This document shows positions 11,601 to 25,000 of a DNA stretch of 64,000 nt, one piece after another. Source of the DNA: Klebsormidium nitens (taxonomy: Eukaryota > Plantae > Klebsormidiophyceae). Each line of letters begins with the position of its first letter. Position 1 is the first letter of the stretch. The stretch is from NCBI GenBank assembly GCA_000708835.1, contig DF236981.1, positions 124,001-188,000 of the forward strand. Direction: 5' to 3'. The notes below the pieces were generated by a model. That model ran no database searches. It was not told where the DNA came from and was given only the letters and a program-made list of their open reading frames with translations. Made by a program: the position numbers and the translations under genes.

Positions 11601-13956
11601 TTGCTCCGCTTGTTCTTGCCCCCCTGTTTTGTGACGGCTTGCAGCAGCCACTGCAACCGCGTCTGTGCTTTCGTCATCGTTTTCGAGACCTCCCCGATCA
11701 ACCGCCCCACTTCTCTTGTCAAACCAACGCCCTGCTTCTGCCTCCGATTGTGCCGACCCCTCCTCCTCAGCGTTTCCCAACGCTCCCAGCCCACCTATTT
11801 TGGTCTCAATAGGATTTGCCCCAGCCTGCCCACTTCCATTTGAGCTCTCGTCTGCATCCTGTCTGACTTCATTCGGCACCGCAACTCCGTTCCTTTCCCG
11901 AATTCCTCGCCGGCCGTTGACCTCACTTTCGTACGCCCCTCTCTCGCTTTGACCGGCCCCTCTTTCATCTCTTCTCCCACTCTCTTCAATTTGACTGCGT
12001 GGTTCCCGTTCTCCTTCTCGTTTCACCCGCCCCTCGTGCAAATACTTTCCGGTTGAACTCGCCCCCCCTCCGCCGACCCCTTCACCTGCCGAAACAATCT
12101 CCTGTCTGCCACGTGGCGACCTCATCTGGATCCGGATGACGACTTCACTGTCCACTTGCTCTCCAGTCCAAGCTCTCTGCATCAAATTCAACCCTTCCCT
12201 CTGTGAATTGATTGATGGACTGACTGACGAGTCCGCAGACGCCTTGACCGAGCTGGGGGTTAACTCCGAGACTAGCTCCCGCTGCTTCCTTATCGCCCCT
12301 AGCACCAGACCCTGCGCCTCCTGCATGCTTCTGGCGACTCTAAGGGCCGAAGTTCCGCTTTCAGGTCGCCGGGAAGAACTAGATGTAATCTGTACGCCGC
12401 CCGCCGCACGGCGGCGGATGCTCTCAGCCACAGACGTGAGCCGCAGGAGCTGCAAAGACCGAGGGAGAGGCGAACAACGATCAGCGGAAGAGGATCTGTG
12501 AGAAACACTCAAGTTTAATCAGAGTCGAAAGGAAGCTTTGTGGTCACTGATTGTGCACAGTCGTTTTGTTTTTCGTTGCAATTTGGCTTCTGATGATGGT
12601 TCTAGGCAAGAAGTTCTTGACGACAATTCATCCCAGACTGAAGGTGAGGTCAGGCTTTGAAGCGGAGTCATGAAGGGTCCAGCTACTTCTGTCCAATGAG
12701 AATTTGGCTTGAGTGAAAGTGGACAGTTTCTTCGCATGGCTTGGTGTGCAGTATTCCTTGGGCAACATACTTATCTTGCATCACCAAATTTTCTGCATTG
12801 CACTCCTGAAGAAGCAATCACCTGTGGGGCGTTTCACTTTTCCCATAAGAGAGATCCAGAATGACAATGCAAAGAGCCTCACCTCATGAGACACTGACGT
12901 TGCTCCTCCAGTGTTCCTGCCAGCAGGGTGCTCGGGGCGTGTTTCAGTTTCATGCTCACTGCTTGGCGCTGTGTACTGACCCCCAATCTCTTGCACCGCT
13001 CTACGCGGTTTACTTTCTATCGCGTTTGCTTGGTTTATAGATCCACCACCTTTCTGTTCTGGCTCCCATTGCCCGGGGCGAGGCTCAGCAATGCCCTCAT
13101 CTACCGGAGAGCCGCCCTCAGGAGTCCATCTGAGCCGTCCATCCACTCTCTGCAGCACCAGCCTCTCCCTCACACCAGCCTCGCTCCCCGGTTGTCTCGA
13201 CTCTGTAGCCTCACCATACTCCTGATTGTGCATTTGATCCAATGTTTCTAAATTTGGCTTATTGCTGGTCTCTGTGACAAGTCCAGATTCTAGTCTGGGA
13301 GGCTCATGTACGAGAGTTGAACTCCTGGCCAGCTCATCAGAGCCTGCTCTGAACGTGCTCTCAGCAGTTCTATCATAGTGCAATGCACCTATTGCTGCCA
13401 ATGCCTGCAAGCTGTCGCCTTTCACTAGCTGCCACTGCTTCCTTGTTGCATGCATGAACTCCACGCTGTGCCTCTCCCTGCTTTCTGCACTCTCAGCGTT
13501 GTTGCCCTGCTCATCCCAGGACTGCCTTCTGGGCCTTCGCACGTTCAATTTATCTGCAAGTGCCTTCACTTCTTCAGAGACCGTGCAACGCTTTGCACAA
13601 TCCTCTCCATTCTCCAGGGCTCCAAGCCCCGGTAAAACGTCACTACCTATTGGAGCAACTTCAGCTGACTTCTTTCGGTCAATCTGTCTCAGCGTCCGCT
13701 CCAACTTCTCCCAGACCTTCTCAACTCTGCTAGTTTCCCTCCATTTCTCACCATTTCCAAGAGCCCCAGCATTTCCAGCATTCTCCCCTGGTCTAGAGGA
13801 AATTTCCGATACAGCACTTCCCATCTCAATGCTCCATTTTCTTGGCCGCCCTGACTGTATGGCACCTGCAAACCGCTGAGATGCCAAAGCATCTGCAGCT
13901 CTTCTCAAGGGGATGGACTCTGTTGAGTCCGCGGGTAGAGTCTGCGCGTCCTCCAT
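8681..13956 (-). CDS. Large low-complexity, probably intrinsically disordered protein of unknown function
   Basis: Two long same-strand ORFs (12781-13956 and 8979-12512) rich in S/G/E/R/A. A donor GACACG|gtaagg at 9108/9107 splices in frame to a plausible last exon 8794-8681 (ILGICEETALAAL...DSFS*). The link between the two large exons and the start codon are unresolved. Confidence 0.6.
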
Positions 13957-15390
13957 TACCTTTTGGTAAAGTCAGCTCCGTGCCTCTGCGGCTCAGTTGC
14001 TTCGGGGCAGAGAGACTGGCACCCAGCATTGCTCCACTATATTAATTGCTTTCAGCTGGTCAGCGGGCATGGCCAACCAAAAGCATCAAAGACGAACAGC
14101 AATGCTGCCGTGCAAAGGCTCAAGCTGACGTTCCGGCCAAAATGAATCCCTTCACTGGACGATATAAATTGTCGGCCGAGGCCGCATCTGTAGTAACGAA
14201 CTGCACAGCACTCTTGAGCACCCCTAGTGCATGCATCGTCCACTGTGTAGCGCCGAGCTGCGTGTACGTACAAAGAATATGTTACTACGTTTATCCACGC
14301 CTGTGCCGGCGGAGCGCCAGGCGCCACACATGTCAACAGTAATGTTTCGGTGGGATATCAAAAGTATAACAGCACGAGACTTCGGTGGAATATCAAAAGT
14401 TTGTGGCGGTCCCATGTTCTACAGATTACTGGAATCTGCTCCGAAACACCTGAATTGTACGCTAACGTTAACACCATCTACTCAGTGGGGCAGCTGAAGC
14501 AACCGCTTGCTGCGCGCGCACTACGACCACCGACGGCCTCGTCCGGCATATCGACGGTCTGTAAAATCCTGCCCAACGTCGCGGCCGCGATCTGCGCGCT
14601 ATTCACCGATCACGTTTCTCTAGTTACTTGCTTGCCGCGGACTTACAATCAAGCGAAGTTGCGCGAAAACATGCATATGTGACAAGCTGAATACGGTCAA
14701 ATCTGGGACTTACAGATCACTTTCAGATATGAACCAACACAGGCGCCTCGAGCTGATCACCTCATCGTGCATCATGCCTATTCGGTGCTTCACTGAGCTT
14801 CGGATATTCTGATCGGCATCGGCAATTTGGAGTCAGGACCGATCCAAGTACGATGACCACGATGTGGATCGTTCAAAGCGTCGGATAGCAAACTACGTCT
14901 TTACTTTGAGGCGATTGCAAGTATTTGTAGACGCTGCTCACAGGTCTGGCAGACAGGATGTGAAAAGGGATTGCAGACTCCATGACAAAATGGAGTCCGG
15001 CTGCAGTTGTGACAACCTGGATACTTCAACCTTAGGTACACGATCCTGCATCTGTCGTTAGTATCAAACGTCTTGTGATTATGTCTACTAAGCACTGCAA
15101 CAGCTTAGACCTCCTGCTGTGACCTAAGCGCCTACAATGTGAGAACAACTCTTAGAGTTACTTCGACCAACTTCAATCCACCACGCACTGATGATGTTCC
15201 CGGTGAATCAGTATTCAAGGCGGTGCCCACTTGATAACACTTGTATCGACTCAACGCAACTAGACCACTACCGCTTCTTAACGTGGCACTGTTAGTTCTC
15301 GGCTGCAATATGACGATAATGTTTGCAGCCAACTAATCAAACATCACAGCTTAGCATCGCCTTCCATCGGTTTTGACAGTACCACTAGCG

Positions 15391-18300
15391 CTAGATAGCG
15401 GAGAGAAGGTGCAAAGGTTTAACCCCAAGCTCAAACCCTGGCTCCACATCGGTATCTTGGCATAAGCACTCGGTCGGGTTGGCGTAGAAGTAGTCCTCAA
15501 GTTTGGGCCGCTTGGGCATCACCGCTCGTCTAGCCGGGCCCCCAGTCTGACTCCTGCACGACACGTGGTCACGAGATGAGTGGCGCTCAAAATAAACAAG
15601 AACGCTTCGTGAAACCTTCGTGATATCCTTCTCCAATTTGCGAAGTCCTTGCAATATAAGACTAGCGAAGGAAAGGCCAATGCTTATCACACGCCGTTCA
15701 GAAAGCCTACGTTCTGAAGGAGCGCGTCCCGTCCTTTGGAACGATCCAGAAAGCGTGTGGCGCGAGCAATCATTGCACAACGCAAGACGTTGACACATCT
15801 TTCTCTCAGCGACAGCCTTTCTCAGCGGCAGCCTTTACTCAACGGAACTTTATAGACTTGACAGACTCCAGTCAATCAATCGGCACAGCATGGACCAACT
15901 TGCGATATGCGCACGTGCGGAAGTATGCGACAAGGCCCTGTTTCCTCACCGATGGAAATCTCGGATCCTCTCCGCCGCTTTGCCCCACGTGGCTTTCCCC
16001 TCAGAGTAAAGATCCAGCATCTCGACCAGGCGCCGGCGGGAGGGGATGACCGTTTTGCGGAACCCAAGATACCTATGCAAGCAATATCAGAAACAACTTG
16101 AGCTGAAAGCCCGCGGCAGAGCGAAGGGACAGCTCGTTTGGCAAACTCACGACCAAGTCAGAAGAATGTTCTGAGACAGGGCACTGAAAAGCAGGTGTGT
16201 ACTGAAAAAGTAGATCACTGGCAACACAAAGCACATAGATGAAACCCAGATCCTGAATTGAAGTTGTTTTGGTTGGGCTTCGCTCCTATGTTCAAGGGCT
16301 TGACCTTTTGAAAACACGCACAGCTTTCTCCTTTCAAGTTCTGTGATACCTTTAGGATCTGAGACCGAGCCCGCCGCCCAAAATCGCCAATCTAACAAAG
16401 TGCCTGCAAGTCCTCGGTAGCTACACAGCTTGTACCGGCAGGCTTTCAGAATGCACTCCTTGCCATCAATCAACTTCGCAACTGCTTCCGTCAGTGACAC
16501 AGGGGGAACGTAACGTCAACCAAACCCGGTTTATACTCCCGTTGGATGTCCTTCTACAAGACGGAGCTGGTTAAACGCTGGGTAGTTGCCTTCTAACCCG
16601 GTTTCTTTGAAAGCGAAACCTTCTTCTGTGAGAGCACTCCGTATCCACGTGGGCGTACCTGCGGTGTCCCTGAATGAGCTTGGCCATGTTGCCGCTGAAG
16701 GTGGGAAGGAACACGTCGCTCTCCAGAGACACCAGGTAGTCCAGGGCGGCCAGCTGCGACGAGTGGCCGTTGATACTCGCCAGCTCGGCCGCGTCGAGGA
16801 GCGTGTCCTTGCGGACCTGCAGCAACCCGCCGGCAGCCCTTTTCAGGTACTTTAGAGTAGTGGGGTCATTTTGAATCTGTCTTGATGTCAATTTTCGATA
16901 CGTGGCACTAATTAAACCTGGTGGTCACAATGGATCGATTGAATCCTCAGTGAGGAGTCTTGGGGGTGACATGCGCTTCAGCAAGGTTGTGAAGATGAAG
17001 TAAAGCTTGCATTCAAACAGCCTTGAAATGCTGATGGATCCTTGTCGCCATTAAAGTGTCAGGTCAGCACTTCACTCTCAATTCTGAGAAATTTACCCAT
17101 CGGATATCCGCGGCCAGAGGTTCCCTCAAACTGGCTCCCAAAGCCCCTTCGAACCGTCGCCCGTACCTAGGCAAAGACCTCGAGAAGGCCGTATACAACC
17201 TGCTCAATTTGACGTGCCGCTGACGTCACTCACCAGGTTCGGGAACATGGCGGCCAGCTTGGCCATCCGCTCCTGCCCGCCGTAGATGTCCCCGGCCGCG
17301 ATGTACACGTGCGTCGATTCGTTGAACCCGAGCGCTTTGAGGAACAGGCCCGCCTCCTCGGGGGTCAGCGGACACAGCCCCTGCCGCCGCTGCGCCGCCG
17401 AGTCGATCTCCTTCTCCCGCCAGTGCCGCACCGAGTACCTGCAGAGTCATCATTCAAGTTTAGTTTATCGGTGCTTTTTGAGAGTGAGCTTTACGTTGAA
17501 TGAGCCGGATGTCTACCAAAGAGTTTGTTGGACCCCGGTTTATTCAGAATACTACGATTGCTCGGAACCCTGCGATTCAAAGCATGTCAGATGTCAGAAA
17601 TAAAGTAAGCAGATTGCACTTTTCCTTGATTTGAAAATGACCTTCTTGCGCTTCAGCAAGGAGAAACTATTACGCAGCCGCAGCCCTAGTAGTCCTTCAG
17701 CCGCAACTTGGATAATGCATCCAGGACAAGCTGAGGCAAACAGGTTAGTTATTCTTTCTACAGGATTAACAGAGATGTTCCTCAGTAGAGCCCTATCATC
17801 GTTTGGAAAGCCCCGACTTAAAAACGGCGTTCCTTTACCTGAGGTCCGTGAGCTGCCTCTCCTCCTGCGGCGAGCAGCCGTGCGTGCAGCCGGAGAAAGC
17901 GAGCATGTCCATCTCGTACCGCAGGTGCAGCGCCAGAAAGGGACCGCCGCGCGCGCGCTCGCGCATCAGCGCCACGAGACGCCGGCCCAGCGCCTCGATC
18001 GCGGGCGTGAACCGCAGGGCGTGGAACTGGGTGCGGCAGCGGACGTGCTGGATGCTGCAAACGAGACGCGAGGTATGAATTTCAGGGAACGTGATTGGCT
18101 GCCGGAAAACCTTGTCTTCTAGGAAACGCTAGCATTTCTATGAGGTCGACTATCTCTCTCACAGGCGAGCGTGCAGTGTTTTTGAGCAACTTTCCGAAGC
18201 AACATTGATGGACCCCTCGTATTAGTTCTCGTGGATCGGAACCCCCTCAGAAACGAAGGTGCTCTGTTTCACCAAAGTTGGGGAACGAAGAGGCGAGAAC

Positions 18301-20467
18301 CGAGTTAAGAAGCATTCTGTGGAGAATACAGGTGCAAATTGGAAATTTGTTGTCCACTGGCGATATCCGCCAAGCGTGATCAGTTCGTACCTGAAGGGCA
18401 GTCCGTTGTTCGCCAGGCGCGAGTCCGTCTTTGCCAGGCGCACCGCCCCGTGCTTTCGGATGAGCGGCAGCACGTGGTGCGTGTAGTACCCCGCCTGGGA
18501 CCACGAGATGGGGTCCAGCACGGGCAGCTTGTGCGCGCGCGCGCCCAGCTTGGGCGGCAGGGTGCGCACGACGGGCACCAGGGGTTTCAGGGTTTGGACG
18601 AAGTGGTCCACGTCGAAGATGTCTTCGAACTCGCTGTGAGGGGAAAGCGTGCCAGGTGTCAATTTCAGAAGGAAACGAGCTTTGACTTCAGACGACCTCG
18701 TAATCATCGCTTTGGAGAGAGTCCAATAAACCGAAAAAATGGTTGAAATTTGGCGTCTGGTCATAAGAGGGAAATGGGCAGCGGACCGGCGACGGCAGAG
18801 GATTCAATTTGAAAGCGGTCTGAGAAACGCAGAAGGATTCTGTATTAGAGTCGCACATCCATTTTCAATCTCGGGAATATATGTTTAGTCAGCTTTGGAC
18901 GATGCAATCGTTCGCATGCTTACCTGCTGTCGGCCCAGAAGGAGCTCTTGTCCAACTCTGGAATCACCAGCGTGACGTTCATCCAATACGCCATCGCGAC
19001 CATGTCACAAATCTGCATTGAGAGTGCCAGCTGTCACTTGGCTCTCAGTCCTCCTCGCAGAATGGCACTACACGAGGCGGGCAGCAGGTAGTCCGGAAAA
19101 TCCTTCTTTCCGCCATCTGTCCATTTATTCTGCCAGTTGTCACATTCTTCAGCAGAACGCTTTTTGCCAATGGGCTGCGTAGAAGTTGAAGCAACAGGAT
19201 AAGATCTTCGTTACTTGTGGGCTTTTGAGATGCTCACCGCTGCCCTCATTTGGTTGAGGCCACCGTTGGTGGAGACTAGAAGGTAGCCTTGAGACAGCAT
19301 TGGTGCCGCATCTGCACGCGCTAGTTCTATTTCAGAAGAAGCTAGGAACCCTCTAAGAATCCTATAATCTCAGACTACAATTCTATCAATTCTACGCTCA
19401 TGCCGAATGACCAACAAGCTTGCTGGGTTCATCTCTTTGGGTGCCTAACATGTTATATGCCAGTTCGTAACCATCCAAGAAGGTCACGCTGACTGACAGA
19501 TGGAGCGAGCCTTTCCAAAGCAACACATGTCCATGTCTCTGCATTCCAGATGATGAATTCAATGACTAATTTACCTTTCTGTATCGACGCAACCTCTTGC
19601 CCACATGCATGCCAGCCTTGGCTCTCTGGCTGCCTCCATGGGTTTACGGCAGAGCCAGAGAGGGGGTCCGCCTGACCCCCAACCGCAAGCGCCCTTCTAG
19701 AGAAGTCGAAGATACCAGCTTGTTGCACAGACCCAACGCTACTACTGACACCTATTGACCCGTTGGCCGCACCTTGGACACCAATCTGCAAGGAAGACTC
19801 TGTCTTAGGCTTGAAAGCTTTTGCCAGCTGTCAGCACAGTTTTATAAGCATCAGAAAGTTTTTCGTTTCGTGTGAATTACAGGATCCCTGGAAAATGCTC
19901 ACGAACAGTGCATCTTCAAACAGCGCAGCCACTTGCAATGCTGTGTCTGGAATGGGCAGCAACACAACTTGTCCATCAAGAGAGAATTCTAAGGCGCCTC
20001 AATCAGTTCTTACTGAGAGCTGTCTTCTCGCAAGCCCAGCTTTGCGCAAAGAGCAAGGCCCGCATGGAAGCGCAATACATCCAAACGGTGCATACATGAC
20101 TGCAGTGACTCTCCTTCAGTCAAACCAGGTGTCAGGAAAGAACTTGTTATTGTTGCTTTCCTTGCACCACTACAGCTCTTCTGTTACCACCAATTGACAC
20201 CACCACAATTTCAAGCTCCCAAACAACCCTCACCTTGAGCTCTTTGTGTCGCCGTTCCACCATCAGCTGCCCCACGCTTATGTACATCAGGGATCCAAGC
20301 AGCATCAGAAACACGAGCAGCGGCCGCCATACACTTGCCACCAGTGCTTTTTTACCCATGCTGGTTGTGCCCACACCGCCACCTGTCTCTATGCCACCCC
20401 CCATAACTATACAACCAGTGCTCCTCCTTTCACAACGGGCCGGCGGGCTTATTGACTGGGTGGCCAT
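15391..20467 (-). CDS. O-fucosyltransferase-family (PF10250/DUF246) glycosyltransferase, GT106 / RG-I rhamnosyltransferase (RRT)-like, type II membrane protein
   Basis: Exons 20467-20234 (N-terminal TM), 19311-19238, 19012-18924, 18633-18391, 18054-17839, 17438-17234, 16816-16659, 16072-15950 and 15553-15391; stem exon(s) between 20234 and 19311 unresolved. Motifs: [113 protein letters not shown]. Confidence 0.92.
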
Positions 20468-22099
20468 AGATTTCTTGTCAACTAGACACCACTGAATACC
20501 TTTTGAGGGAGTCCTCTTGAAGGCACTGGAAAACTATTGACCTGGTGAAAGCAGCAAGGGCTGCAGGACAACCGGAGCTGCATTTGTAAGGGACACTTCG
20601 TTCAAGTATCCAGGGCCTGTAACAGGAACCTGCTTCTGGAACCTAATGACAGCTGTTTGAAGTATGCTAGTACGGCTGTGCGCAGCTGATCAAGCTTCCA
20701 GCAATTGGTGCAGCTTGAATGTTGCACCCTCCTAGACCGCCAATTGTCACAACGCTCGCTTTTGAGATGTGCTTCCGAACAAAGACCTGACTTTTTCAAT
20801 CGTCCCGAGTGGAGCAACCTAGCTACTACGCTTGACGTTCGAGCTCCGCAATGTCGACATATATCTGAACCTGCCCATTAAAAGGTATCGATTATATTCA
20901 AGGTTCTCTGTCGCAGCTCCCATACATGTATCCTATTCGACCTAGACAGTTTTCCAAGGGTGTCTAGCCGAGGACAAGAGGTCATTGACCAACTACTAGC
21001 TCTTGCTAGCGCGCTTACATCAACCGGCGCTGCTGGAGAGCCTCGAAAAAACACAAACTGATACAATGAATACCGTGATCCATTGGCTGGCAGTGCCTTG
21101 CAGAATTCACCACGTAGACCTCATGTCAGGGAGAAACAAAGCCAATCGTTGACGTTACACTCGAGGCCGTTCCCCTCAGCTACCTTTGATACATATGACA
21201 AATGTAGTATATGAAACGTTTGGCGTAGATTGAGAGAGTGTCGAATGCCTGATTTGTTCGACTCGAATTTCACTCATGATAATATTGTCCCTATTTAAAG
21301 AGTCAGACGGTGTGTCCCAATTTGATTCAAGAAGCGTCAACTAACAAATGTAGTGTGCGCGCGTGTGCTTATCGAGCGACCAAGCACCGCTAATCGGGTG
21401 GCGGAAGGTCGCTGACAATTCGACCAAAGCGGTTGGAGTCCCTGACCTGAGCCCGAGCCTGAGGAGGAAGGAGCTCAAGCAGTCCGCTCAGTACTCCACC
21501 TGGGGTTTCCCGTCCAAGCAAGTTTCTGTGCACAGCTCACCAGATTGGAGTGCAAAGCTCACTTGTGAAGAAGCCAGCGCTCACTGTCATGGCCGATGCC
21601 CTTAAATCTGTAGGCACGCAAAAGGTGTCTGCCTGATGGGACCAATATTAAGAGCTGATGGCGGACAATGGCGCTCACTGCTCAAATGGAGAGCTTTTGA
21701 GCTGAAATAGCACAAGGGCATGGGCACATTTGGCTGCTTCAATCTGACTAGACCTGATGTTGAATGACAGGTAGCTGATAAAAGCCTAGCAATTGACAGC
21801 TGACTAAACTTAGGTGCGAGAGGTTTGGCCCCCGCAAGCCAACAACCAATTACACAATCACGACGTTTGCTGCCCTGATATCCAGGCACTCAACCTTTGC
21901 AAGGACTTCCAATTTTCCTGTGCCACATCAAACCTGGAATTGAGCACTCCTCTTTCCAAAGCTCCATGGGAAGATAATGCCTGGTGGTTCTATGACTTGG
22001 TCCCATTCGCAACAGGTCAGCCCTTATCCAGACAATTCGTCATGACAAGGCCTGTAGCTCATTAGGACTTCCTTTCCCAGCTGAGTCAGCTGCGCAAGC

Positions 22100-25000
22100 A
22101 TGCCCGCCAGCGATGATGCCCTGGGGGCGGTCTCCCCCCACCAGTCCTTCGTCCACTCGCTCCTTTTCAGTGCGAGGGGCCCAAGCACCGCGCGAAGCAA
22201 GCGACTGCGCGCAGAGGCCGCAGCCAGGCGCTTACACCAGAGCAGTACCACCAGGATCCCCGGTGTGATAAAGTACAACTTCCGGCTGGTGGCGCTAGTG
22301 TTTATTCTGTGCGCACCAGTGTACTTTTACTCGCTGGTGCAGACGCACACGCATGTTGCGGTGACGGGCCTGCTGTTTGCGGCGGAGGCGCTCGCGTTTG
22401 TGCTGAACCTGCTGTTCTTCTTCAACTTCTGGTTCGCAACCGAGAGGAACAAGGTCTCGCTCAGGTACGTCCACTTTCCGCAGACGGGCAATGCTGCTTG
22501 GATCATTCCAAAATACTTGAAGCAATTTCCAGCAATTGGATGTGGTGTAACAACTGAGCTGGAAGGTTCTTGTTGTGCCGCATGCAAATATCAGATCTGT
22601 CACCTAGTTGGATACTTCCAGAGCGGGGTCAAGGAGAACCAGTAATTTGAAGACCGGGGCTGGGGCTGCTGTTGGAAGGGCTGACGTGGCGAGGTTTAGG
22701 GGCGAAACCCTGGGCTAGGCTTCTTACGCCCAATCATTGCTCGAAAGCCCCGGGTCAAAACCTAAAACCTCGCGCCGTCAGCTGTTCCAACAGCACCCCC
22801 GGTCCCGGTCCCCAAACTACTGATTCTCCTTGACCCCGCTCTTCCACTTGAAACCTGCTACTGCAGCATGTAACTTTCAAGCCATTTTTGTAAACAGGAG
22901 ACCCATCATCTCCGCGGTCCCTGCAACATAGCCTAAAACTTTCTGGCGCACATTAGGGTGACCACTTTGTGAATGCTCTGAAAAGTCGTCCCAACGGCGA
23001 ATCTCATCTGGTCTAAACTGCCATGCTAACACGTGAACTTCTCTCCTTGGACAGATCCTTCCATCCGCGCCTGCCGGAAAAGGATTGGCCCCATGTTGAC
23101 CTTTGCTTCACACATTTCCTGGAGCCAGTAGCACAGGTAAAGTCAATTGTCAAACCGCAGCTCATCAAACTCGGCATGTTCCGCCCGCACTTAGCTCATT
23201 TTGGAAAAACTCAACCCACTTTTTTGATAAAGAAAGAGGGACATTGGTACAGTTGCCTTTAAGAGCCGCATGACCGAGGCCATAGGCCTCAGAAGCTGGG
23301 GGCATTTTCCCGGTCAACTGCTCTGAACTACTTCATTCGTTTTATTGCATCTTTTTCATGCCAGATAAGCACTGTGAAAGATCGTCTTAGTCCACGTTTT
23401 TTGCCGCGAATGCAGCTGCATGATCCGCTTGCGGCGGCCCTGACCATGGATTACCCCCCCGACAAGCTCCACATCAAGATCTTGGACGATGGGTACCTCG
23501 GAAAGCGAGGGGAGCACTACGAAGTCACTCCGCTAGGCCTGGAATTGGAACAAATGGTGAGAACTGCTACGTTTTCGCTTTGGTTTTCTACTTTAGTATA
23601 GTGGAAATAGAGACGCAGCGGGCTCACAGGGTCTTGCAGGAATTCAAGATGCCGACCTTCTTAAGCTTGTCAGGGACAAGTGTTTACAGACGGTTTGGAT
23701 GCCATTACTTTTGATGAGATGGACAAGTCGCACGCAAGGCCTAAAAACGGCATGACAGGGAGAAGTGATCTGACCCCACTATTTCGACATTTGCGGTATT
23801 GGTCGGATCGCTATACTTTGGAACGAGGCTCTGTTGGCAAAGCGTGGAATGCCGAGTGCAGGTACAAGATCTGCTCGGTGGTACGCACCCCACCCGGATG
23901 AAGCTGTCGGGACATCTCGTGCCAAGGTGAGGCTCTGACTGGTCCAATACAAGTTTCTCTCGCAGCTGTACTATTGATAGATGGTATTGCACGGAAAAGA
24001 GTCATCGAAGACTGATGAGCAAGCTTGACCGACCCGCTCTTCTCAGGAGAGAACACGAAGCGGTGCACGGATTGTCTCCTGGACCACCAAACATCCAATC
24101 ACACTCTACCGACTGCATTCGAACAACTTGTGTCGTTGAGACCTCTCCTTCCTGTCTTGGTCGAACCGTTCTAGCGTCAGCCGCAAGTGTTGTTTACTCT
24201 GTGCTCCTCTTTCCATCTATTCTGTTCGCACAGCTACCGCTTTGACCGCCAGTGTCAGCTGCATATTGGCAACTCTTGTGTGACCTAAACGGGCGTGTGA
24301 CCTAACATTCGAGCTACCCGGGCACATAAACTAAAAAGTCTAAGCGAAGTACTCACGTGCTCCGCACCCCAACCCACCATAACCACCTACCTACCCCACC
24401 CGTTTCCCGGGCGCCTATCTTAAGTCACACGCCTCTAAAGTCACACGAGGGTTGCCAGAGTGTCAGCTGCTCTCTTCTGCTCTGACAATCCGTTCCGTCC
24501 AGGCGGCACGCTGCTCCGGGCGGCATGTTGGTGGTGACGTACATCGACGAGGAGAAGCGCCTGCCGAGCGTCAGCATCGTCAGCAGGATGAAGGGCGAGG
24601 AGACGTTCTTCAAGACGGGCAACGTGGAGAACGCGCTGTACAATGCAGGTATGGTCCGGCATTTCCTGGTTCAACAATCATACCAGCAGAGACTGCGACT
24701 GGCCTAGTAGTTTTGGTTCGGGGGTGTCAAGACCTCTTCTGGTGTACTCTAGATTACTGGGTGCTCGATACGGATGGTACGTTGAGGCCGCGGGTAAAAA
24801 GAAAAACCCAGTCTTATGAAGATTGTTGCCATTGCCCTGCACCGAGACAACGGGGATTCCGTGGAGTTTAGAGGAGTATTATGGTCAAGTGTCTCCCCTT
24901 CAAAAAGACGCGTGTCTTTGAGACAAAAAGCTCCCGGATCCCTTCAGGGTCAATGTGAGGCTGTCGAGAGGGCATTGTGATCAGAACTGTCATGCGCTGC

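Noticed and set aside
14345-14400. Direct repeat ttcggtgg(g/a)atatcaaaagt, two copies
   Set aside because: Short intergenic duplication with no further structure.
16147-16500. 117-aa ORF on the - strand
   Set aside because: Lies inside a GT106 intron; the exons on both sides join in frame without it.
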